Shown in pieces: positions 43,783-52,346 of a stretch of 64,000 nucleotides of DNA (position 1 is the first letter of the stretch; the number at the start of each line of letters is the position of its first letter). Origin of the DNA: a virus (lineage: Duplodnaviria; Caudoviricetes); the IMG/VR virus record IMGVR_UViG_3300028624_000004, positions 96,001 through 160,000 of that record, one strand, 5' to 3'. Below the pieces are notes generated by a model. The model searched no databases. It was given only the letters and a program-made list of their open reading frames with translations, and was not told the origin of the DNA. A program made the position numbers and the translations under genes.

Positions 43783-44559
43783 TCAGTTTCCATAGAAGAA
43801 CCTTTCATGGTCATCAATCCACCCTTTGGGCATGAATTGAGGCTTCATATTGTCAAGAAAATGCTTTCGCCAGCGCACAATGAATTCGCGAAGATCCTTT
43901 TGATGTGATACGATAACAGAAGCTGGAGAAACACTTGGAGTTTCTTTGGCTATTTCTTGCCTAAATGATGATATTGAAGTTTTGTCAATATCAACAACGC
44001 CAAAATGGTCGCCAATTTCTCTTAATAGAACATCTCGACGTTGCGGCGGAATATCGTCCCACTTGCTTTCCAGCGTCATGATGATAGCGTTCAGCTTTTC
44101 TGCCTTGACTACTTCGGGTAGCTTCTGGTTGTTCTTGGTGACTATACCAGCCTCTTTTGCGAGCTTGGCGTTGAACAGATCAGCTTCTCTTTCATATTCT
44201 TCATGATGTTCTATACAAACAGGAAGAATGTCAAAATGATTATGCGACTTCAGGACATCTGGGAAATGCTTTCGGTATTGGTAAGGAACGATATGATGCT
44301 TGGTCAGGTTCTTATCAGTTCCACATATGACACATTTATTACTCATGTTGTTTTTATAAACATCGGACAGGTGAAGATTGCCTATTCCCTTTGGTTCAAA
44401 TAATAGTTGTATTGTCTTTTCGTCAACTTGTTTCGCCAATCCCTTCTTTAGATACCAGCGTATCTTCTTTCCATCGCAAAAACACATTCTATCACCACTA
44501 GGATGGAGTATAGAGTAGTTTTCATATATGTCAGTATCATTACCGTGAAGATAAGTCAT
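43783..44559 (-). CDS. HNH-family protein resembling the EXD2 C-terminal domain
   Basis: IYEN..I..P.G..MC.CD.KK..WYL.KGLA, CVICG...LTKHHIVP..YRKHFP..LKSHN. Confidence 0.75.
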   Translation of the reverse strand: MTYLHGNDTDIYENYSILHPSGDRMCFCDGKKIRWYLKKGLAKQVDEKTIQLLFEPKGIGNLHLSDVYKNNMSNKCVICGTDKNLTKHHIVPYQYRKHFPDVLKSHNHFDILPVCIEHHEEYEREADLFNAKLAKEAGIVTKNNQKLPEVVKAEKLNAIIMTLESKWDDIPPQRRDVLLREIGDHFGVVDIDKTSISSFRQEIAKETPSVSPASVIVSHQKDLREFIVRWRKHFLDNMKPQFMPKGWIDDHERFFYGN

Positions 44560-44590
44560 TAGTAGTATTCTAACGAATCATATAGGGAAG

Positions 44591-45388
44591 TCAAATGTTT
44601 TTACTTTTTAGGTATTTGTCAGAGTGACTTCCAACAAGAACCCAATTTCCAGACCTACCAGATTTTAGTGACATTTCACTTCTACATAAATGGTATTTTC
44701 TCGCCAGTTCACTTACACATCCAGATTCCTGTTCACCTGTCGCAATATTTCTAATCGTAGCTAACTTTGCGTTTTTAATAGACAATCCCTTACACAACTC
44801 TTTATCTCTCGGTATTGATGGCATTGTAACATCAATTCCGTCCTTTGTTGTCAACCGAACCATTCTCCAATCTTTCGACTTTCCTCTCGCACTCATATGC
44901 TTGTAGTTAAAATAATATTGCTTAGCCAATACCTTCATACATCCACTTACAATTTCATTAGTTTTAATATTTCTTATGGTGGTTATAAGCGCATTAGGGT
45001 GTGATATTCCTGCCTGTTTTCCTTTTCGGCTTATACTCCATTTTCTTTTGGTTTCCTCATTATGTTTTCCATGGGAACCACCTTCCATTAAATTAAACCC
45101 ACACCTTTTGTCTCGACACTTATATTTTTTGATATAGTATCTTTCCATTATATCCAGTCTCTTTTTGCTATATGCCTTACATATTACTGCGAAATCAAAA
45201 GAATCAATTCCATACTTTTTTATTGCTCTGTTTAGGTGCGTTCGATTGCCTCCTAAAGAACATACGTACTCTCGTCTATAATACTGGTATGGATCTTGTG
45301 TAGTTTGTCCAAAATACTTCCTATTGTCTTTTTTCAGAGTTAGACAATAGATATAACCATATACAGGTTTTATAATGTTTTCATTCAT
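44591..45388 (-). CDS. GIY-YIG homing endonuclease
   Basis: GYIYCL...KYFGQT, LNRAIKKYG..SF, E..YI, GFNLMEGG; duplicated C-terminal DNA-binding module. Confidence 0.85.
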   Translation of the reverse strand: MNENIIKPVYGYIYCLTLKKDNRKYFGQTTQDPYQYYRREYVCSLGGNRTHLNRAIKKYGIDSFDFAVICKAYSKKRLDIMERYYIKKYKCRDKRCGFNLMEGGSHGKHNEETKRKWSISRKGKQAGISHPNALITTIRNIKTNEIVSGCMKVLAKQYYFNYKHMSARGKSKDWRMVRLTTKDGIDVTMPSIPRDKELCKGLSIKNAKLATIRNIATGEQESGCVSELARKYHLCRSEMSLKSGRSGNWVLVGSHSDKYLKSKNI

Positions 45389-45398
45389 AATAGTTTCT

Positions 45399-45472
45399 CC
45401 TAATCAGAAGTAAGAACGTTGGGTTAGATCGTGGATTAGGCACAATCAGGGGGATCAATCCTTGTCCCCAAC
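45399..45472 (-). ncRNA. Structured 5' leader (multi-stem junction with predicted pseudoknot onto SD)
   Basis: P1 GTTGGG/CCCAAC, P2 GGA-TTGA-TCC, P3 GATTGTG/CACGATC with loop CCTAATC complementary to GATTAGG(AG). Confidence 0.6.
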
Positions 45473-45541
45473 ATACTTATTTATACGTGAAACTGAATGT
45501 TTTTGTTATGAATCTCCAATTTTATTGGGGTGGATCGTAAC

Positions 45542-46174
45542 TCATGGCTTCACAGATTCAACCTGCGTAGCAGGAATGTCTTTTTGGTCGGCAAAATACA
45601 TCTCACCCGTATTGTAATCCTTCACAAGAACCGTCTCTTGGTTAAACTCTTTAGCCAAGTCGGTTGCTATATTCTCCAGTGTCTTGGAGTCAACATAAAG
45701 AATCTCGACAGATAGCGAGTTCTCGTTGAATGTCTTTCCACTCTTCGACTTGTAGACTCCACGGAAGAATCTTCCAATGGTCATACCACCGCCCCCACCA
45801 GAGTAGACCGTGTTTTTGATTCTACTAACGCTGGTTAAGCGGTTCAACAGGGTATTAGCCCACGCCTTTATCTTTCCAATAATGCCGGATCCTGCGGTTG
45901 CGTTGATGTCGGTTGACAGGGTTATAACTCCACCTTTTAGACCATCAGGAATATTCTCGGCTCTTGCCTCCTTGATGACTTCGAGGACATTGTTGTTGGT
46001 GTCAATGGATATGGACTGAAGACGAAACTTGCTATAGACACCGTTACCCATAGTATCTTCAATCAGAGTCTTTTTGTATTCTCCATTGCCGATGATGACA
46101 ACGCCGTTGACCATACGGTTGAATACTTTACTAACCTTGTTTTCCAGCGATTCTTTGAAATCTTTCATTGACAT
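45542..46174 (-). CDS. Putative SAM lyase (T3 SAMase-like C-terminal domain) with N-terminal extension
   Basis: G.TI....G.Y......E.S..V......IA..LA..FNQE.VLV pattern. Confidence 0.55.
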   Translation of the reverse strand: MSMKDFKESLENKVSKVFNRMVNGVVIIGNGEYKKTLIEDTMGNGVYSKFRLQSISIDTNNNVLEVIKEARAENIPDGLKGGVITLSTDINATAGSGIIGKIKAWANTLLNRLTSVSRIKNTVYSGGGGGMTIGRFFRGVYKSKSGKTFNENSLSVEILYVDSKTLENIATDLAKEFNQETVLVKDYNTGEMYFADQKDIPATQVESVKP

Positions 46175-47192
46175 ATGTTACTCCTTGGTTCTCTTAGGTC
46201 TTTCGCCCAGAGACGCACGAATGGCTGACATTTTCATGATACCAGAGTCAACGTCGTAGTCAAATTTCAGCCCCAGCGGCTCCTTGGAGTCACGAACATA
46301 CTTAATGGGCTGTAGGAGCATCTTAACCGTGTTATTCCTCATGCGGAAAAACATCTTGGGGTCATTTACTGGATTTTCAGATTCAAGGACCGCCTCATAT
46401 TTAGAGAAGAGTGTCTCCAGTACCTTCTCAGCGACGGTAGTAACCTGTCCAACTGTGACAGTTGGTTGAAGCGTGATAGTAGCAGTAAGATGGTCTTCCA
46501 TGTGGTCCTTATGAGTAACTTATATTTATGCTCGGGCGTTGGCTTCAATCTCACCACAGACATACATGAGCATATGGACGATAGCTGAAAGTTTAACCAT
46601 TTTGTACTTCTGACAGAGTTCCTTGTCTGGATCTAATGCGAGAATAGCATCGGAGCGAGTGTATAACACAGCATCACCGAAGGTGCCAGCATAGAAGTTG
46701 TCTTCATAGTGAGCATAGAAGGTGCCGGAATCAGTCTTATCTTGTAAGACATACATATCAGCGATGGTGTTGCGGCTCACTTTAGCTCCTGAATGGTCTT
46801 GACAATGCCGATTGCTTCAACAAGAACATCTCGTTGATGCTTGACAGCACGATACTCGTCTCGTAAAGTCTCAAGCTCCTTGAACATACAGAGCGGGCAT
46901 ATCACGGGATGCCCCGTTGGGTTCTCGTATTCAAAGTCAAGGTCATGGATGTTGCAGTGAAATTTCATGTGATTCCTCAAGCCTTCGTGACTTCGGCGTA
47001 GATATAGGTTTCTGGTACAGGACCAACGAAGTCCCTTTGGCAGTTGACGGCGCGGGCTGCTTCGATAGCCTCCTGCTCATCATCGTAAAACGAGACATCC
47101 AGAATTTCCTGACTCCGGAATCTATCGGATTCCCTGACAGTGACTTTCCAGAGTTTATCGGTGGTAATCTTCATATAGTTCCTTATGCTACT

Positions 47193-47220
47193 ATCTTACA
47201 GAAAGGGAAGAGAAGTCAAG
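47193..47220 (-). promoter_or_regulatory. Early promoter CTTGACTTCTCTTCCC...TAAGAT (15-nt spacer)
   Basis: TTGACT 47214-47219, TAAGAT 47193-47198; near-identical copies at 47895-47921, 49258-49285, 60203-60229. Confidence 0.8.
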
Positions 47221-47939
47221 CACCTTTCCAGCCACCACCATATTTCTTCTGCCAGTAGTCAGGATTCATGAACTCCTTGTGTCGCTTTACCATGGCTTCC
47301 CATTCTTTCTTCGTCATGGACGCCTCCTGAACAGCTTCAGTGGCTTCACCACACTCATCGAATACTTCACAGCCATGACAGCCCTTTGCCCAGGCACTTT
47401 CATTGCCCTGTGGGAGACTTCCCCAGCAGTCGGGGCACTTGTCGATGGTGTAGTGGCGTGTAATCGGCTTGAAATTCTTGACAGCGGCTTTCTGTGCCTT
47501 CTTCCAACGCTTATAGTATGCCGATTCGCTCATGGCGTAACCTTGCCAGCATGCTTTCGGGCAACCTTCGCAACCCACTTGAAGATGCCAGATTGAGCCA
47601 GCGCATACTCTTCGACGGTGAAGCCATCGTTGCAGCCGCCGCTCGCCCAGTTGATGCTGTCGGTTGCCTTACCATTCCATTCCTCACGGTAGTCCAGCGT
47701 AGCGATGTCGGACGACCAGTGACAGGACGAACCGAACTTATAACTGATGCGAGTGACCTTCTTTCCCCTGCGATACACGCAGCGGAACATGGTCAGTGTG
47801 ATACGGTCGTTCAGCTTCTTGGTGAATTTCTTTTCGGTCCAAGTGTCGAGAACTTCTGGTGCAGGCTTGCTCATAGTGGTTTCCTTATAGCCCTATCATA
47901 TGGACAGGGAAGAGAAGTCAAGTGTTACTTTGCGAGTAA

Positions 47940-49232
47940 TTAACGAACAGGAGCAGATGCTCCTAATACTATAACCATCCTTGGCTCACGACTCAAACGA
48001 TATGCAGCGTCCCTCCTGCTTTGCTCAGCCCTAGCTTTTGATTCGGCTTGCCGGGCGAGTGCTTGGCGACGAGAATTTTCTTTTTCGTTCTCAATTCGAC
48101 TCTTTTCTTCTGGGCTATTAATTCTAGCAACATATGCATTCCAACTATTGAGTTTCTTTCTAGTCACCACAAGCGCACCATTGAATTCTTTAGTCTTATC
48201 CTCATACTCCTTATATTCCTTCATAGCATAAACATCCTTCAAGTATTCCGCCGGGAGTTGGGTAATGTTTTTCTGAATTGCATCAATGAGGAATTGAATG
48301 TTAAGATTATCGTCTTCAAAAGTTCGAGGGATATTATACATATCATAAGGAGCAAGTGCAAGATTGATTTCTTTTATAGTAGCAAGCATAAGTGCCTTGG
48401 TATCAATAGAGAGTGCATACAGCCTATCTTGCTCTTTTTGAAATTCCTTTTCTTTTTCCTCTTGCATACGAAGAGTATCTTGTTGAATTTTCAATTCAGT
48501 TTCTTTATTCTTAATGGCAGCATCAGCTTCTTGCTGTTTCCTCTTGTTTTCGTTAATAAGAATTTGTTGGGCGGTTTGCTCCCGAATGATTTTTTCCTCT
48601 GCCTCTGCCTTGGCATAAATCTCACGAATTCTAACATCAGCTTCAGATGCACGCATTCTCTGTGTCTCTCGTTCTTTCGCTTGTTTTAGACCAGAGAGAT
48701 ATTCCACAATAGCATTCCTATTGGAGTCAATACACAAGGCAACACTTTCCCATTCATTACTGATATTCTTGCCCTTAAGTGACTTAACATTACAAAACTT
48801 ATATGGGGTTTCTTTACTAATGAGAATTGTGTCATATGCAATGAAAGGCAATTCATTTCCGGCAACAATGGAGTCTTTAGAAAGAGCAATTGCCTTAAAT
48901 TCTTGTATATTTCCACTATCCTTGTCACCAACCCAATACTTAATGATATAGATATGGTCAAGGTTTTTGGTGAACCCAATTTCTTCAACAACCCTTCCGG
49001 GCTTCGGCATTCTCTTGCTACGAAGAGCATCTTCAAAGAGAGCAATATCCTTATCAAGATTACCAGTAGGTGTGACCAACATATAGGAACTTGGAGCAAC
49101 CAATTCCACGATATCCTTTATGGCTGCTTTATTTTCCCTATATTCGTTGATATATCTAACAATAATAAGTCCAGCAATAATACCTGCAATAGAAAAAGAA
49201 ACAAGACCTATTATGTATTTGGTTTTAGTCAT
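47940..49232 (-). CDS. Membrane-anchored coiled-coil protein (true start 49232)
   Basis: Promoter + AAGGA RBS before MTKTKYIIGLV; single N-terminal TM; long coiled coil. Confidence 0.7.
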   Translation of the reverse strand: MTKTKYIIGLVSFSIAGIIAGLIIVRYINEYRENKAAIKDIVELVAPSSYMLVTPTGNLDKDIALFEDALRSKRMPKPGRVVEEIGFTKNLDHIYIIKYWVGDKDSGNIQEFKAIALSKDSIVAGNELPFIAYDTILISKETPYKFCNVKSLKGKNISNEWESVALCIDSNRNAIVEYLSGLKQAKERETQRMRASEADVRIREIYAKAEAEEKIIREQTAQQILINENKRKQQEADAAIKNKETELKIQQDTLRMQEEKEKEFQKEQDRLYALSIDTKALMLATIKEINLALAPYDMYNIPRTFEDDNLNIQFLIDAIQKNITQLPAEYLKDVYAMKEYKEYEDKTKEFNGALVVTRKKLNSWNAYVARINSPEEKSRIENEKENSRRQALARQAESKARAEQSRRDAAYRLSREPRMVIVLGASAPVR

Positions 49233-49281
49233 TTTAATTTTCCTTATGAAGAATAATATCATACCTATCGGGGAAGAGAAG

Positions 49282-49575
49282 TCAAGGAGTCTTTTTGAAG
49301 TTTCTGTTGGTTTTCTTTTCAGCAACACTAATGAACTTACTGAGGATGTCAAATTCTTCTTTTGTAAGATAGCTACTTTCTGTGGTAAAGTAAAGCTTCC
49401 CATGAACATTACAGGATAGAAATATTGTCCCTGATAGTAGAATCGAATCTTTGGCATTGGGGTCTATATAGGTATATCTTCTCACAATGTCAAAAGCATT
49501 TTCATAGGCTTCTATCTTGTTACGGAGTAGCTCGTTTTCAGCTTCAATGGACTTGATGTAGGCTTGGGTGGTCAC
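49282..49575 (-). CDS. Hypothetical protein (YIKSIEAENELLR N-terminus)
   Basis: GTGA overlap; N-terminus duplicated at 51971-52024. Confidence 0.65.
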   Translation of the reverse strand: MTTQAYIKSIEAENELLRNKIEAYENAFDIVRRYTYIDPNAKDSILLSGTIFLSCNVHGKLYFTTESSYLTKEEFDILSKFISVAEKKTNRNFKKTP

Positions 49576-49784
49576 TTTTGTTTCATTTTCTCTATGGTTT
49601 CTTCAAGCTGCTGAATGCGGGCTTTTTGGAGGGCTATAATCTCATCTTTGCTGTTGTCGAGTTCATCGACAACGACGGTGCCAGTTGGAAGCTGGCGAGC
49701 GCCTGGGATCTTGCCCGACTTGAAGTGATTCCAGGCGGTCTTATAGGATATAGAGTTTCTTATGGCGTATTCAGAGAGTTTCAT
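49572..49784 (-). CDS. IS607-TnpA-like MerR-type HTH fused to coiled coil (no catalytic domain)
   Basis: MKLSEYA...ISYKTAW..FK.GKIPGARQLPTGT.VV. Confidence 0.75.
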   Translation of the reverse strand: MKLSEYAIRNSISYKTAWNHFKSGKIPGARQLPTGTVVVDELDNSKDEIIALQKARIQQLEETIEKMKQK

Positions 49785-49785
49785 A

Positions 49786-50802
49786 TTATTTGACTTTCAC
49801 ATAAAAAATATATTCTTTGTTTCTTGTATGACTTACTTTACCGACTTTCTCACCGCTTGGATTATAGATCCCTATTTGAGCGCCAACATATCTCTTGAAG
49901 TCTTCCTCAACTACAATAACTTCTCCATATTTTGTAAGAGCCTTTACCATGTCATCTCTTGTTATATACCCCTCGTTATTGAATGACACAATCATTAGTT
50001 TACATTTTATATTGTCACATGTCTTGATAAAACTATCTAAGATATGAGTTTTGCTATTGAATCCTGATTTTCTTTCTTTACAATCAATTCTCTTATTTGC
50101 TATTCCGTAGGTTTCTGGTTTATCCCACATAACCAAGGATTCCCACATATGATAGTTTCCGAGATATGAATGTTGGTTATAGGGCGGATCAAGATAAGCA
50201 ATATCTACTTCACCTACTTTAGTTCCTATGTCAGCAGCATCGCCAATAAAAGCCTTTCCAAGTCCATGCGGACTGACATCTACAAGATCCGGAATAGTTA
50301 GCAGTAAGTCGTTGTTGGCACGAGTAGCCCACTTCTTTAGATACGCCATTTGGACACCACAAGTAGAATCTACACGATCTGCCGCTAACATCAACGAGGT
50401 TATAAGAATACTTTTCAGTGGTTCTGGATAGTTTTGTATTTCAATATACTCGCGAATTGAATCTACTTTCCCACCATTTTTGGGGTGAATAAATCTTGAC
50501 TTTATTGAGTAATTATCGAAGAACCACCCATTCTTTGGCTCTAATGTATTTAGTGTCTTTATTTCCTTTTCAGCTTCAGCGAGATACTTATCTCTGTCGC
50601 CTTCGATATAACACTTGGCTATAGTATATGCATAGGTGTTTAGGTCATTTGCATAAACAAGAAATCCCTTCTTCTTGAAGAAATGTCCTACTCTCGAAGT
50701 TCCAGAGAATACATCAAGGAAGGATTTGTATCTATCAATTTCTTCGATGTTTTGGTATATGACATCAAGCAGTTTCTTTTTTGATCCGAGGTATTTTATC
50801 AT
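49786..50802 (-). CDS. DNA adenine methyltransferase (D12 class)
   Basis: IKYLGSK, DVFSGT, ANDLN, YLDPPYNQ. Confidence 0.92.
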   Translation of the reverse strand: MIKYLGSKKKLLDVIYQNIEEIDRYKSFLDVFSGTSRVGHFFKKKGFLVYANDLNTYAYTIAKCYIEGDRDKYLAEAEKEIKTLNTLEPKNGWFFDNYSIKSRFIHPKNGGKVDSIREYIEIQNYPEPLKSILITSLMLAADRVDSTCGVQMAYLKKWATRANNDLLLTIPDLVDVSPHGLGKAFIGDAADIGTKVGEVDIAYLDPPYNQHSYLGNYHMWESLVMWDKPETYGIANKRIDCKERKSGFNSKTHILDSFIKTCDNIKCKLMIVSFNNEGYITRDDMVKALTKYGEVIVVEEDFKRYVGAQIGIYNPSGEKVGKVSHTRNKEYIFYVKVK

Positions 50803-51445
50803 CCAATCTCCTTTATTATGTTTTTATCTATGCAATATCTAACCATACTATCAACAACAGAAACAAGATTAGATTTTAGTCTTTGTATCTCACTAGCATC
50901 GTTCATATAGTAGAAATATTTCCGTCGATCAGAGTCCAAGTTCTTATACAAAAAGGAGAGTGCTTGTGGTGGACATGCAATACATCCAAATACTGGCTTC
51001 TCATATCCCACCGGCATATAGGAAGAAATATCTCCGTGCTTCTCTATTAGTCTTTCTATCCATAAGAAATAACCTACTCGAAGTAATCTTTCAGGTCCAC
51101 CATTACACTTTGATTTCTGATCAACATCTTCTACTCTAATAGGAAGAAGGGTGTTGTCTTTATACAAAAAAGCATCTGGGCAGATTTTTGGGGGAGATTT
51201 ATATTTTACAAAACTAGGAAGTCCGTCTATAGTGAACCAGTCGTTGCCAGGATGCTTCTTTTTTTACGCAAAACCTCAATAGTAGGCAACCATCCCTGGA
51301 TCATGTCTCGGACTGCTTGTTCCTTAGCATCTGCCCTTTCTCTAACTGCCTTGTCGCCCGTTGAGTTAGTTGCATTATGCTGGTAATTTTCGCTCATCTT
51401 CACTATCCTTTCAGGGATATTCATATACTTCGACATAACTACCAT
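50799..51445 (-). pseudogene. Frameshifted gene (A7 tract at 51259-51265), putative PD-(D/E)xK restriction endonuclease-like partner of the MTase
   Basis: Track ORFs 51227..51445 and 50799..51167 join by a -1 shift into ~215 aa with CPDAF...VE..DQ...NGGPERL; ATGA overlap with MTase. Confidence 0.55.
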
Positions 51446-51548
51446 AGGGGACTCTCCTATAATGTATTTATATCAGATATAAGTATATTTTAGTATATTT
51501 TATGAATAAATCAATACCCTACTTCCAGCCCACTCCCAAGTGTATCAC

Positions 51549-51764
51549 TCACTCCCCATTCCACTCATCCATTCTACATCTCCCCTGTTGCTTATAAGCC
51601 CCTCTCAGATCCTTTCCATGGACTCTAATAGACCACATATTCTCGGGATCATAACCAGCCATAGTTGTCCCGAAAGTCAATGTATAGTGTATCAATAATC
51701 CCATGTCAAGCTTATAGTAGCATCCACCAACAGGATCGTATAACTTACTTACCTTCAAGCCCAT
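51549..51764 (-). CDS. Paralogous small peptide (array member, copy A)
   Basis: MGLK...LDMGLL...RVHGK.LRGAYKQQGR..MD.W.GE shared with 56790..57005. Confidence 0.75.
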   Translation of the reverse strand: MGLKVSKLYDPVGGCYYKLDMGLLIHYTLTFGTTMAGYDPENMWSIRVHGKDLRGAYKQQGRCRMDEWNGE

Positions 51765-51767
51765 GGT

Positions 51768-51973
51768 TCACCACCACAGGTGCGGTGCCCACTCGCCAAA
51801 CAGCTTCAGTGCCTTCTGCGCCTGGGCATGTTTCTTTTTGTCGTAACCATACCAGTCGTCGCTTGCCATAAACTCGAAGCCCACAAGCATCTCTTCCAGT
51901 ATCTCCTTCCACTTCTTCTCGGTCAAGTCTCCAGGGAAGCCGTTGTGAAGCTCAATGAACCTACGGAGTCGCG
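51768..51973 (-). pseudogene. 5'-truncated paralog of 57197..57598
   Basis: PRLRRFIELHNGFPG.LTEKKW...EML.GFEFMASDD...AL.LFG.WA.HLWW*, no start codon. Confidence 0.85.
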
Positions 51974-52025
51974 GAGAAGTTCATTCTCAGCTTCGATGGA
52001 TTTGATGTAGAGAGCGTCGGTCACT

Positions 52026-52346
52026 TTATTTTACTTCAAGTATGTCTGAAGTCTTTATAATCTCTGGACAGATGACTTCAAGAACTTCTCGGAAGGTTAC
52101 TTGCGACAGATCGTAGTCCTTGGGTGGAATACATACCATCTTTATCAGTTTCTTGAACTTGTCATCTTTCCTGTCATTGGTCCATTCCCACAGGATGTAG
52201 TTGACAGTGTGCTGAAGAGCCTGCTCAGAAGACATCTTGGGGGATCGCCCCTTTTTTATCTGGTCACGATTCTTCGGGTTGGCAACCTTGTAGTTGCCAT
52301 TGATGAACTCGTTATAGACTTCGTTGAAGACTTGTTCGAGGATCAT
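52026..52346 (-). CDS. Hypothetical protein coupled to MTase
   Basis: ATGA overlap with MTase stop. Confidence 0.65.
   Translation of the reverse strand: MILEQVFNEVYNEFINGNYKVANPKNRDQIKKGRSPKMSSEQALQHTVNYILWEWTNDRKDDKFKKLIKMVCIPPKDYDLSQVTFREVLEVICPEIIKTSDILEVK

Noticed and set aside
47940-49457. ORF-track N-terminal extensions (49457, 53848, 55495, 28362, 32834, 13347, 14497)
   Set aside because: They run through promoters or overlap other genes; downstream ATGs with RBSs are better starts.
49572-49784. Active IS607 element or partner transposase for the TnpB at 38420
   Set aside because: Catalytic serine-recombinase domain absent, 10 kb away, and the TnpB ends are IS200/IS605-type hairpins.
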